A stretch of 64,000 bases of DNA, taken from NCBI RefSeq assembly GCF_009914755.1, contig NC_060929.1; one strand, written 5' to 3'. This stretch comes from the human T2T-CHM13v2.0 reference genome, Homo sapiens. The notes under the pieces are model-generated. The model was given only the letters and a program-made list of their open reading frames with translations, was not told the DNA's origin and searched no databases. This document shows positions 29,685 through 43,930 of the stretch, piece after piece (the stretch's first letter is position 1; every line of letters starts with the position of its first letter). Position numbers and translations under genes: made by a program.

Positions 29685-30188
29685 TGAATTAGTCAGGGTT
29701 CTGTAGAGGGACACAGCTAATATATCTAGAAGGACAGAACTATATATGTGTATATATATATGTGTGTGTGTATATATACACATATATAAATATATATATG
29801 TGTATATATAATAGTAAGTATTAACTCATATGATCACAAAGTCCCACAATAGGCAGTCTGCAGGTTAAGGAGCAAGGAGAGCCAGTCCGAGTTCCAAAAC
29901 TGAAGAATTTGAGTCCAATGTTTGAGGGCAGAAAGCATCCAGCATCGCAGAAAGATATAGGCTGGGAGGCTAGGCCAGTCTCTCTTTTCACATTTTTCTG
30001 CCCGTTTAAATTCTAGCCATGCTGGCAGCAGATTAGATGGTGCCCACCCAGATTAAGGGTGGGTCTACCTTTCCCAGCCACTGACTCAAATGTTAATATC
30101 CTGTGGCAACACCCTCACAGACACACCCAGGATCAATACTTTGCATCCTTCAATCCAATCAAGTTGACACTCAGTATTAATCATAACG
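29685..30188 (-). mobile_element. MLT2A1 solo LTR (HERV-L) with an internal (TA)n
   Basis: ttagtcagggttct..agagggaca ... ccagtccgagttccaaaactgaagaa ... ccttcaatccaatcaagttgacactcagtattaa. Confidence 0.9.
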
Positions 30189-31543
30189 ATCTAATATCAG
30201 AATGAACTTAGCTAAATATACTCAGGTTGGCCTTTGGCACACATATATAGGAATGAAATAGAAAGAGTGTTGCTAGCAGTGAATTCTGAGAACTGGAGGG
30301 AATCTGAGAGGTACTTAAGGAAAGCAGGTATTATTAGCTAGTGGCGGAGCTGAGGGGGCTCTGCATTCCAGATGATATTTATGATATTTTCTTATGTTTT
30401 GTTTTCCTTCCCAAAAATGTGTGTCTCTGAGTTACAGCACCATGATTTGTCAAATATAAATTATGTTTCAAGTAATTATCCATAAATGTTAATTACTAAT
30501 GCAACCTGTACATTTTTAAAAAAATTTTATATTTTTATAAAGGATTTCTCAAATTTTTTGTTAATTATAATGTACTTGTAATCTTGTAAAAAATTTAGCA
30601 ATAGTTCGAATGATGACATTATTTTCTTTATAGTAAATATACCATGAGTTTTCAGGAGAAAGGACCATTCTAATGTATGCAATTTCCTTGAACTGTTGAT
30701 GTAAGAATTCATGTGAAAATAGGGGCTTATTGCACTTAGCAGATAAAAAAGTGTATAATAGCTAAGATATTGAATAACAAGGTTTGAAATCATAGAGGTG
30801 CAGATTAGAATCATGACTGGATAGAATAAGACTGAGTGCTCAACTAGATATTTATAAAAAATATTTTAAAGGTTTTCAAGAAGACAGAAACTTATTAAAC
30901 ATGACATGCACAAGAATGCCATAACAAGAAACTGTGGTAAAGGGAATTTTATCTTTCAAATCCTCTTTAAGATGATAAACCAAGTCTGGAATGACCTGTG
31001 ACCCACACCTAATTTTTGTATTTGTTCCTCAACCTATTAGGCCTAACTCCAAGAAACATGTTTTGGAAGAATAAAATGAAAAGAAATTTGCAATACCAGA
31101 GTTATGAATTAAGCCCTGCTAAATTATCCTCTTTAATTTTACTGTGTACCAGTGTGGTGTGTTTCAAAGTATTTTATATAATCTGCCCATCAAATAAAGT
31201 CACACTGAAATATAGTTATTTAGGTCAAAGGGGTGTTGTCAAAAGTGATTCATCACATAAGAGAAGTGAATGGGTTTTTCAAAACTTGCAATTTAAAGTA
31301 ATAAAAACTCTTTGCATATTAGATATGATCAGTATGTAAACAAGATATTCTCCTATTCAAATATGCTTTTGGATGTTTCCTTAAGTAGATGTATCTATTT
31401 GGACTTGCTACATTTTCCATAATTTCTTGTCTAAATTAAAGCAATAGCCTTATAATTAGCTGAACTGATTTGATCCTTATCTGTCTTTCATAATTTTCCT
31501 AGATGATAGCCAGAAATCTTGTTTAGAAACCTAGGTGAAATCA

Positions 31544-31876
<333 letters not shown>

Positions 31877-31884
31877 AGAAACCT

Positions 31885-32400
31885 ACATGAAATCTTTTCA
31901 TTCCTTTGCTAAAAACTTTTATGTAGCTCCCTATTTCAGTCTGAGTATAATTCTTTATAATGACTTAACCACCAACGTGATCATGCTGCCCTTAGTTGTC
32001 CACATCTTGACTTTTCCTCTGGTTTATTCATCTTCTTCCCTAACCACACTGGCCTCATCATAGCTCTCTCCAAATGTGCCGTTCAACATTATTGTCAAAT
32101 ATCACCAAAAAGAGGCCTGCTCTTATGGGCCTAAATAAATGGTAACCCACCCCCAGGCCCTACCAACAACTGCAAGCCCTTTCCTTGCTTTACTTTAGCT
32201 TTGGCTCCAGAAGGCTCATTGCTTTGAAATGTAACATATCCTGGGTGAGTTAGGTGCACTGTTATCTGTCTCCTTGTCACCTCTAGAATGTAAGCTCCAT
32301 AAAGGAGGTGTTTTTGTTTGGTTCATTGATGTATCTTAGGAAAATGGAGTTGAACTTGACTCACTGTAGGCCTTCAATACATACAGTTTTAAGTCGAATT
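31885..32400 (+). mobile_element. L2a 3' region fragment
   Basis: ccacactggcctc; ctagaatgtaagctccat...ttggttcattgatgtatc...gtaggccttcaata. Confidence 0.65.
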
Positions 32401-34044
32401 ACATAAAAATAGAGAAAAAATGCATGGTTTTGTCTTAATATAAGTAGTGGTATTAAAGTGTTAATTGTCCTAGGAAGCAAATGAGCAAAAGTTATACGAT
32501 CTATTTTTACATTTCCTTAAAAATGAGCAAGTTATATAGAATTGAAAATTCACCTGGGAGATGTTTTCTGTTGTTTGAATTCTGATGAAGCAGTGTCTTT
32601 CTTTCAGCTCACCAAATCAATCAAGCCAAGAAAACCTAAAAATCGATATCCAGACTTCTTACAAAGTACATATTAAATGATCTTTGAAATTAAGCATTAA
32701 TGATCATGAACAATGGAGGAAGTTTCAAATGCTGTATATCAGAAAGACCTTTAAAAGAAAAATGTCATTTGACTCATTTCAATAAGCATTATTATGTTCA
32801 ACAAATCAAGGAGTGTTATAATTTAATTTTCATGATCAAGGTTTGCAATTTTCATCTAGTTTAATGTTCACTCGGCATTTTTAAATTAAATTCCTAGGTT
32901 ATGAAGTTTTTCCTTTAAAATCTTCCTTGCATTTTGCAAATAAATGTTACATGTGGCAGCATTCCAATGAAATATATTGTGCATTTGCCCCATCAACAGG
33001 TTGACAGATTTGGGGCTGAAACAAAATGGGTTGTTCTCTTAGATTTTTAAACCATATTGAGTATCACACATGAAAAACTGCAAGGGGGGGAGGTGGTAGA
33101 GTTTCCCCCATCCTCCTCCTCTTGTGCTTTACATTTCATTGTAATGAGAAACTGAAATATAACTCTTAGCAAGAGCCAACTACAAAATCATTCCCTTCCC
33201 TTTTGAGTAATGATCTTCTCATAGTAAAAAATGAAATGATGAAAAGGTTAGAATATGTTTTAAATCATTCTTGAAAAGGTTATAATTGCGTCATTATTTG
33301 GGTCATTGTCAAATCAATGCTTTAGTTCTCCATATGTTAGCCATATTAGCCATCGGGAAAATATGAGAGAATATTTGTTTTAGCACTTAAGAATAACATG
33401 GTGTTGTGAATCTTTAATATAAATTACTTTCAAATTCATTTTATGCTTGAATATTTCTTTTTTTAATGTCAATCTACTATTTAAACTAATGCCTATGTAA
33501 AACAAAAATATTTTCTTTTGCATAAAATATGCCTCGCATGGCAAGTTAAACATTGTAATTAGGAATGTAAAGGGTATCAAAATCAATTGCATGCACTCAA
33601 CGCAATCTACAGCACTCTATTTGAAGTATCAATCCACAAATACAAAAAAAGAAAGTTACCCCAATAATGTGATAGTGATATTTCATAATATTTTCTATTT
33701 CTGTACCAACAGGAATTCAGGAAATGCTGCTTGGATGTCAATGTTAAATGTTTCAGCCTTTAAATGAATCATTCATATTTCAAAACATATTCAATTCAAG
33801 CCAGGAAGTATTAGTACCATGGTAAATTGTCACCACTCCTTTGCAAGCATAAATAATACACCTGTGTCTCCCACCCCAGTCCAACTACATCCGATTCCAT
33901 GGGTCTGCATCATTATCTCCAAAACCTTCCAGTTGCATTGCTGTCATGTTTGTGTTAAAGAGACTGATGAGGTAGGTTTACTGTCGAAACATGTTAGTAA
34001 AAAGAAAGTTAGTTTTTTGAAATGTAAAAAAAAAATTCTAATAA

Positions 34045-34386
<342 letters not shown>

Positions 34387-34986
34387 AACACTTCCCATTT
34401 TTAACAGGACTGCCGTGGTACCAAAATGGTGATTTTTCTATTTAATCATTTTTCTGTGTGTTTGTTTTCTCAAGTAAGTATTGAGTTCTATATAATCAAA
34501 ACCAAAGTATTGCCATCTCACAGTCCTACTTAATGATATTTTATAGATCTTTATTAACTTTAAGTCATTTTCAAATGATCAAAAGTGAATGATTTTTTAA
34601 TCCTGGAGAGATACTTTAAAAACTGGTCAGGTCTCAGAAAATCTCTGCAGTAAAAGAAGAACATTCTATCTATAGCATACAATATGTAAAAATGATATAT
34701 GCTTGAGGACATGATAATCTATTAACAATTTTCAATTATCTTTTAAGTAGATAATATTTTCCTCCAGATTTATTTATTTGGTCAATTTATAAATATGATT
34801 TTTCTATTTGGTTCTCTTTTCTCAGAAGGACATCGACTGCAAGGCAAGTCATTAGTGTGGAATAAAACAAAACAAAACTTCAGCCTCCCACAGTGTTTTA
34901 GTTAAAAAAAAAAGTTCTGCTTGATACCTTGCTTTATCTGAGTAGTGTTCTATTCGGCCTAAATATCCTATAACTAATTTCTACAG

Positions 34987-35441
<455 letters not shown>

Positions 35442-35639
35442 TGTACTAAAAATATTCTAATGAAATATGTTTTCTAACATATGGTATGTGAAAGATCAGA
35501 TTTTTATTGTTTTACATTTTTACTGTTGATTTCAGTAATTTTAAACTGAGTAAAGAAAGATAACTGTAGTTTTTAGAAAAATAAATATATAAAAACAAGT
35601 ACCTGAAAGTGGAAGATTGTGGAAAAACAAAGCAGACAC

Positions 35640-36290
35640 TGGAAGGAGTGTTACACTTGGAAACAGGGATGAAGATACGATGAAGAGTGATTTACTCATG
35701 TCATTGTTTTTATCATGAGATAGCCCAAATTTATATCTGACAGGAAGGCTAACATTTCAATAGAAAAACTCACAGTCTCATCGTTTTGAAAACACCAGAA
35801 GCCAGAATTTACGGCAATCACAGCCACTGGAATCTAAAGGGAAAAATTCCAGAAAGGAGAGAGCCAGGGAAGTGGATCTATGAATTCCGTGTATGAATTC
35901 TGCCCAAATATATAGCTCACTCCTGAACCAGAAAAGCATGGGGCCAACTTCCCACAGGCCTTCTCATAGGTCCGCCAAAGCTAAAAAAAAAGGATGAAAA
36001 TTTGATCTGCCACCTACTTCAGAAAATAAGAGTTTTATTATTTGATTAACTGTCAAATCAATTGCCTGCTAAAATGAAATAGAAAAATATTAGCATTCTT
36101 AAGAGAAATAGAAGATAACCCATATTCTCCCTATCATAACATTCAAAATGTCCAGAATCCAATTCAAAATTATGAAATGTATCAAGAAATAGGAAAGCAT
36201 GATCCATTCGCAAGAGAAAAAAATAATCAATACAGACAAAATTCTAGATGACATATATTGGCATTAGAACATAAAGACCTCAAAATATTA
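35640..36290 (+). mobile_element. Ancient L1M 5'UTR/ORF1-start fragment
   Basis: aaaatgtccagaatccaattcaaaatta..caagaaataggaaagcatgatccattc..aatcaatacagac..ttggcattagaacataaagacc. Confidence 0.55.
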
Positions 36291-36294
36291 TTTT

Positions 36295-38115
36295 AGCTAC
36301 TCACCAGGCAAAATTCTTCCTCTTCTATCAAAATCAAGTTTTCAGGCTGAGCAGAAGATTCAGAGAAAAGAATTTCCACCCAAGCATATTTTGTGCTGAA
36401 AGGGGAAAAAAACTGTATAACTTCATTGGGCAAATCATCCAGTTTTCTTACAATAAGACTTAATGTCTTGTTGATAGCCACCTACTCTCTGAATACCAAG
36501 CAGCAATAGGAACATTTCAAAATTTCGTTTTGCAACCTGATTTTCACATAGATTCAATTTCGCTTAAAATCCAAAAATCTCATTATATTATAAAAATGTT
36601 TCTCCAGAGTCTTACAGATGCTTGTTCCACTGTATCATATGATGGTAAATGTCTGTTATGTGGGCTAAATTCTGCAGCCATTTTTTTTTTAATCATCAAA
36701 GCACTCAGCAAAATGTGGCTTATTTTTTCTTGTATGTATTCACGCATTTCAACTTTCAGCTGAACACCCTGTGAAAAACAGATCCTTTGGTAACCTATTG
36801 GATTTCTACATGTACAGGAGGTTTCTCTCAAACATTCAGGCATTTTTTTTTCCTCAAAAATTCTCAGGTGTACTTGTTTTTCTTTAATAATATACATATG
36901 ACTTTTTGTAGCATTATCTATATTTTTTTCATTTAATCTCCAATGTCTTTGGCACAAGTGCCTCTCGACAAAGCATTCAGTTTGTTGGGAAGATGCAGGA
37001 TTTGCTTGATTCTACAAGAAGCATAATCCTCCTTAGACCCAGTGGTTGGTAATGCACTGTCAGTACAGAAGCCAACACAGTACCTCCAAGAATGAATTTT
37101 GTTTTCAGCTATGAATAAAAATCTAAGTATAATTTTGTCTTGTGCTTGTTGTGCCCAGCTCTTTGTAACAAGAAAGCATATTTTTTAACATTCATCATTA
37201 TTTAAAAATTATTTGAGTGCTTAGCTTGACATGTTTTATGGAATTTGGTGTTTGCTTTGAATGGTTGTGTACCTTCAAAATACATGTTGAAACTTAGTCC
37301 TTAATGCAACAGAATTTAGAGGTGAGGATTTTAATAGGTAATTGGATCATGAGGATTCTGCTCTTATGAATGGAATTAGCACCCCGATAAAAAGACCTGA
37401 GGCAGTCTTTGCACCTTTATCCATTTTGCTTTTCTACCACATAAGAATACAGCTTTATGCCCTTCATCCACATGTGGATGTAGCTACAAGACACCATCAA
37501 TGAGGAATGGTGCCCTCGCCAGACACTAAACCTGCCAGCATCTTGATCTTGAACTTCCCAGGTTCCAGAATTAGGAGAAATAAATTTCTATTATGTATAA
37601 ATTACTCTATCTAAGGTATTTTGTAATGGATGTAATAAATGGAGTAAGACGTTTGGGTTTGTTCTTTGCTTTTTTCCTGTGTATTATAAAACATCTTCAT
37701 AGGATGTAACTTATCATCAATACTTCAATATGTAGTACTATTTGAGAGTAAAACTCTTCATTTTCTCACACTGCATCTTTTGCTAGCATTTTAGTTGCTA
37801 CACATGCAAAATTATTAGATTCTCACAAACTATGAATTTTATATTTCAGATGATAATTTTTATTGTTACTAAATGACTTTTTTCCTTATCATTTGCACTG
37901 AATAGAAGTTTGTAAACAAAGGTTTTATTTTGTTCACTTTGAGAGTCCAATATCTCCATCATTTCTCAACTGGTTATGAAACATAGTTTAGAGAATTTTA
38001 ATTTTTCTGCAGCCATTGCCATATTTACATGTTATTTCTTAATGGACTTCAATAACATGTATTACCAGCACATATAAAAGTCATTGATAAATAGCTTTCA
38101 TTGTAAAGACTAACT
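36295..38115 (-). mobile_element. Fossil Charlie-type hAT transposase coding region (BED finger to C-terminal region), interrupted by an LTR
   Basis: Manual minus-strand translation across frameshifts gives, in order: LYNESYLSM..MAMAAEKLK, ENLI..KMLAKDAV..LSNST..IDD, WRYCVGFCTD, C..REALVPKTLE, HVEIQ*VTKG..RVF, WLQNLAHITDIY, FEMF, FSESSAQPENLILIEEEEF. This is colinear with ZBED5/FAM200/Buster-type transposases. Confidence 0.85.
37248..37651 (+). mobile_element. MSTC/MSTD/MLT1A-like solo LTR
   Basis: tttgaatggttgtgtaccttcaaaatacatgttgaaactt ... gccctcgccagacactaaacctgccagcatcttgatcttgaacttccca ... aataaatttct ... taagac. Confidence 0.85.
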
Positions 38116-39274
38116 TTTTTGCAGTCTCTTGTTCATGGGGTTAGTTAATAACTTAGAGGTGCTCTTCATCATGAAGAACCTCAGAATTTTCTATAGACCT
38201 AGGCAAATAATTGTTTCCTCTAATACCTGCATTTAAAAATGGCCAAGTTATATTTTCAGACATGTTTGCAAGATGAAAATACTTACAAAATGTAAAATTA
38301 AGGGCCAAATAAATAGCAAAATGGAAAAAATTAAAATATTATAAAAACTTTCCAATGCAATGCACCCTTGATCTATACAAGTCATTGAATTGAAATGTTT
38401 CAAACAACAGAAAACCAGTGGGAAATGGCTGGTATTGGGAAGAGAGAAGACAAGTCTCAGTGTGTAAAAATTCCTTCCTTCTAAATAAAATTATCTTCCA
38501 ATTTTCTGTTACATTAATAAAACTCTTTGGCCCTTGTAAGTTAGTGAGTGGTAGATGTGGAGAGATTAGAAGAGAGAATCCCTGAGGCAGAGGCTGCCCC
38601 CTTCTGCTATAGACAACACAACTTTCAGAAACTGAGACTATATTCAACCAAAGCAACACAGTCTTACAATAAATTGTCCTATGGGGATATAATATCTTTA
38701 ATGAAATTGCTAATATGGTTGCTTGGTATCTCTCCATCATTATTCCTATTTTTAACTTAGTACAGCCATGCCATCTGTCTTTACTGTTCAAGTTCCTGTT
38801 CTCTTCTCACATCTTCAGAGTCTTACTTGTTCCAAATGTCCTCTCAAAACATGTTCAATGAACACAGCTCCTTTCCTGAGAAGAATTCTGAGGTCAGTTT
38901 TTGAAGTAATGTAAGTTTCCCCTCCCTCCCTTACACAGGTTTCATGGACTTCTCTGTAATAAGGAGTTCGATCAGGGAATAGAAGGCCTAATACTGGTAT
39001 GAGGAGCAAATTTGCTGTTGAGAAAGCCAGATTTCAAATCTCCTTGAATTTAAGTTATGTGCCAAATATTAATGGTTATTCCTCATTTCATGGAACCAAC
39101 TCAGGCTTTTCTTCTCTAAAATATAAAACTGAAGAAGTACAGGTTGAAAGGAAGCATGTGTTCATATATGAGTAGAGTTACTATTTAGAATTATCTGAAT
39201 CAGAATATTAAAAGGCATGCTAATATGTAGTACAAATAACAGGTAGCTAATGTAGCTAATGTATCTGTTTACTA

Positions 39275-39580
<306 letters not shown>

Positions 39581-39675
39581 TTACATGTTTTCTATATTTT
39601 AATATATGTACAATGTGCATATATGAGCATATTTATATGTACAGAGCTAGAGAGACAGAACAGAGGGTGAAGAGA

Positions 39676-40647
39676 TGTACTAATTTTCTATTGCTGTGAC
39701 AAATCACTGCAAATTTAATGGCTTAAAACAACTAAATTTATTGTCTTATAAGTTTATTATCTTATAGTTCTTCAGGTCAGAAATCTGAAATCTCACTGAG
39801 CTAAAATCAGCAGGGCTGCATTCCCTTTGGAGACTCTAGGGATGAATCCATTTCCTTGCCTTTTCCAGCTTCTAGAAGCTGTCCATCTTCCTTAGTCTAT
39901 GGCCCTATCCTCCATCTTCAAAGCCAGCAATGGAGGGTTAAGTCCTGACATCATATTACTCTGAAACTGTTTTGTCATCTTACCTCTTTTTCTGACTTTC
40001 CTCTTCTGCTTAGCCATCCCATTTTTAAGGACCTTTATAATTACAGTTGACCCTTGAACCACAGGTTTGAACTATGTGGATCTACTTATATATGAATTTT
40101 CTTCCACCTCTGTCACCCCTGAGACAGCAAGACCAACCCCTCCTCTTCCTCGTTTGCCTCAGCCTACTCAGCTAAAGGTGACAGGAGAAAGAACTGTATG
40201 ATGGTCCACTTAATAAATAGTAAATATATTTCCTCTTTCTTTATGATTTTCTTGATATCGTTTTCTTCTCCAGCTTACTTTATTGTGAGAATACAGCATA
40301 GAATATGTGTAATATACAAACTACGTGTTAATCAACTATTTACGTTATTGGTAAGACTTCTGGTGAACAGTAGGCTATTAGTAGCTAAGTCTTTGGGAAG
40401 TCAAACGTTACAGTGAATTTTTGGCTGCATGGGAATCAACTGAAAATATATGTACAGTTGACTCTTGCACAGTGAGAAGATTAGAGACAGGAAATCCATG
40501 ATATCTCTCTACCTTAAGAACAACTGATAAGCAAACTCATTCTATCTGCAAATTTAATTTCTCCTTGCCATGTAACCCAGCATATTTACACATTTTGGGG
40601 ATTAGGACATGGGTATCCTTGGGGGAATCAGCATTCAGCCTAACACA
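39676..40647 (-). mobile_element. MLT1D-like LTR, interrupted by Tigger2a
   Basis: ctattgctg..ggcttaaaacaac..tttccttgccttttccagcttctaga..aaggacctt, resuming at tctgcaa..ttgccatgtaac..gggattaggacatgg..cagcctaacaca. Confidence 0.82.
40044..40442. mobile_element. Tigger2a MITE
   Basis: TA-cagttgacccttgaac ... cccctgagacagcaagaccaacccctcctcttcc ... aacagtaggctattagtag ... tcaactg. Confidence 0.88.
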
Positions 40648-41527
40648 GTATATACTCTACATTTGGGGAAGTGGGTTTTCTATAAATGCTTTCTTGTTAA
40701 AGTTCCAAGAACATAGGGAGATTGCTGTTGTATAATCTTCTACAGAATGTACAAGTTTTTCTTAATTCAGGTAAATATTGTCCTAAATATTAAGAACTAT
40801 AGAGAATGTCAATTTATTGAAAGGGCAATTATGAGATGACATATTTGTAAAGCTCATACCAAGTTTACTGGACTACTGTATATTTATGAAGGCATTGTTA
40901 AACTGTAAAAAATTAAATCTCTTCTACACCCCTTCATCTAAATTTTCAAGTCATATGCATATACATATTTCCAAATACTACACACCTATATGTATGTGCA
41001 TGAATAAAAACATATATACACATACGCTTCTATACATATACAGAAAATATTTTTTATTTTATATATACACGTATGTATATAGCACATGTGTACATTTGTG
41101 TGTGTATATATATATACACACCTATATACACACACACATATATATATAAAGAGAGAGAGAGTCTATTCTCCTTATTCTCATGTTTCTGTATTTGAGGCTT
41201 TGTATTTGACAGTAGGCTAAATAGCCTCTTCACTACAATTTATGTACAAAGTCCAAACCAATGCTCACATCACTTTTATGGTCTTTTGTGGACATGCTTA
41301 GAGCAGTGAAAACTTTGAATTGTCTGATGTGCATCTTTCCAGGTGAGGCTGAGCAAGGTGACAATTTACTTTCTTGTTTTAACTTTTGCACTGCAAAGAA
41401 GTGTCGCTTTTGAGGCCTGTTGAGTGTCACATTTTTCACATTTATATGCTCTTTGATGTTGATTTCACTGTTTAAAATGGTCCCGAAGTGCAGCGCTGAT
41501 GTGCCGTCTAGTGTTCCTAAGCTCAAG

Positions 41528-42405
41528 TGTTGTATTTTTTTTTCTAATAATTTGGTCTTGAGGTCTTTCAGGACAGTGGCAACAAACTCTCACCCTGTCC
41601 TTATGCGGCTCCAGGGAATGTGGGCATGGTTTACAGTGTGCCTTTCATAGGATTCTTAATTATTATGGCAAATGCCTGATACCCAAATGTCAACCCATGA
41701 CAAGATGTTCCTCTCACAGAAAAGTTGATACTGGGAGATGCCCTTGTGGCTATTCTCTGATCTGTGTCCAGTTTATTCTTACCAAGATAGTCACTCTCTA
41801 AGACAGCCCTGAGCAGGAAAGAAGTTAGGTTTGTGTGTGTCAGATGGGTGAGACCTAGAGAAGGCAACTCAATAAATCACATGAAATAACAGAAGCTGTT
41901 GATTACTTACAGATCCCAGAGAGCAAAGGGCAGCAGGCCTTGCAGTTTCAACAGGAAGGGGGAAGCCATTCAGGAAACACAAGCTCTGCCAGCATGTGGG
42001 GAGCAAAAGAGAAAGTGAGGGCCCTGTAGGTCAAAGCCTCTATTGGAGTCCGGTGTGTTGCCCGAGCATGTTTTTCTCAGAGTTCTAATTGATGGCCTGA
42101 GTTCCATGGAATCATTCTGTGACTGAGAGGTGGGCACTGCTGCATGTCTGCTTAGTCCGTGTGGGGTGTGGAGGTCAGTGGGGGTTGTCAAGTAGGTTGT
42201 ATCCAGCTATCCCATAGAAAAGTGGTCACCTGGATGCAGATGTTTAAGGCAGATATCTAGATCAACCACATGGAAGGACCGGGAGGGAATGGTGAACTGG
42301 AAACCGAGTCAAGGGTGACTAAGTCCCAATTCTGCTGTGAGAAAGTAAAACCTAAATTCAGAATGGATACTAAGGCAACATAAAATCATAAGAATGCATC
42401 ATACC
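41528..42405 (-). mobile_element. MER54A-like LTR (ERVL)
   Basis: The reverse complement begins ...cttatgattttatgttgcct..tccattctgaat..taggt..ctttctca..agtcacccttgac..gtttccagtt, as in MER54. Confidence 0.8.
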
Positions 42406-42539
42406 CGGAAGGCTGTGATGCATCTTACAGAAAAAATACGTGTGTTAAATAAGCTTGCTCAGACATGAGTTACAGCACTGTTGATAATAAGTTCAAAGTT
42501 TAAGCATACACCATATGTATCAAATAAGGTGTCATTAAA

Positions 42540-43123
42540 TATTGGGGTGATCAGACCCGACACCAGGTCATGGGAGTGACAAAGTCCGACAGAGTCAAAG
42601 GATTGAGAAAAAGACAGTTTGAGAGAGAAAGCTGGGACCAGAGGGCCATCACTAGTGTATGGAGGCTGCGAAGGCCCTGAGCTCTGGGAGCCCATGCTCT
42701 TTATTGGTAATCCAACAGAGAAACAGGTGGTGAGAATGTGGAGGTCAAAAGGACGCGTTGTATTAAGCATATGATTTTCAGCTGTGATGGTTTAGCATTT
42801 GCTCTGCTACTTGAGATAATAGAGAGCAGGTTCTTTTAACTCAAGATACAATTGATCCTGGGAGAGCAAGGAGCAAGCAAATCTAGACACATTCCAGAGC
42901 CATGAGCCCTGGATTCTACTCAAGCCACAAGGGATTTTATGCCCTGGGCTGAGATTATGGTACATCAGGGTAGCCTTCCATCCTTTAGCACAAAGCTTGG
43001 TGTTCCAAAAGCCACAAGGGGTTTCAGACCCTGGACCCCGGACATGTTCCAAGACTCTTTTACATTATGTCAGACATGCAAGCCCTGCCTCAGCTTCTCC
43101 CAACACTTAGCTTTTTCCCAAAA
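42540..43123 (-). mobile_element. LTR14B solo LTR (HERV-K14/HML-1)
   Basis: tggggtgatcagacccgacaccagg ... ttatgtcagacatgcaagccctgcctcagcttctcccaacac; 6-bp TSD attaaa, typical of ERVK. Confidence 0.88.
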
Positions 43124-43612
43124 ATTAAACAGAAATGCACATAAAACAAAGTTATGGATTATCAGGTTAAAAAATGTTATGATCAGAGGCTCACAGAAAC
43201 CTCACCCTGTATTTCCCTTAGGAGCAATAGCTTAGTGTTGGTTACGTAGTGTTTACAGTGACTTTGAGGCCATAACAATTGGTGAGAATCAACTCTCTGA
43301 ATTTCCCCATTTTTTAAAATCCCTCTCTCTGTCTCTCTCTCTCTGTCTTTATATATATATATATATATATATATATGCTCTTTGATGTTGATTTTGCTGT
43401 TTAAAATGGTCTAGTTGTCCTGCAGTAATAGCATTATGAATGGCTTAGAGTTTAGTAACATGAACAGTACCCTCAATTTTCTAAAACAAACAAAAAATAT
43501 AGCTAATTAGTAAGCATAAGTAATGATAAAAGGCCAGAAATTAAGGATGATATTAGCTAGGCTCTGTAAAAACTTTACTTCACTTTTTGCATCATTCAGA
43601 AAGAGGTTTGTG

Positions 43613-43930
43613 GGTTGGGCGCAGTGGCTCAAGCCTGTAATCCCAGCACTTTGGGAGGCTGAGGTGGGGAGATCACCTGAAGTCGGGAGTTAAAGACCAG
43701 CCTGACCAATATGGAGAAACCCCGTCTCTACTAAAAATACAAAATTAGCTGGGCATGGTGGTGCATGCCTGTAGTCCCAGCTACTCAGGAGGCTGAGGCA
43801 GGAGAATCATTTGAATTGGGAGGCGGAGGTTGTGGTGAGCCGAGATTGCGCCATTGCACTCCAGCCTGGGCAACAAGAGCAAAACTCTGTCTCAAAAAAA
43901 AAAAAAAAAAAAAGAAGAAGAAAAGAAACA
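43613..43930 (+). mobile_element. AluSp
   Basis: gtcgggagtt..ctgaccaatatggagaaacccc, ccattgcactcc..caacaagagc; TSD aggtttgtgg. Confidence 0.94.

Larger units (their letters stand above)
41159..43295. mobile_element. MER82 TcMar-Tigger element, split by MER54 and LTR14B insertions
   Basis: Three pieces (41159-41527, 42406-42539, 43124-43295) follow MER82 order: gtctagtgttcctaag | aaggctgtgatg..aaataaggtgtc | aaacagaaa..ccctgtatttcccttaggagcaat..gagaatcaact. Confidence 0.82.

Noticed and set aside
38339-38791. Longest ORF in the window (150 aa)
   Set aside because: Non-ATG start, no domain similarity or coding-like composition, no supporting exon structure
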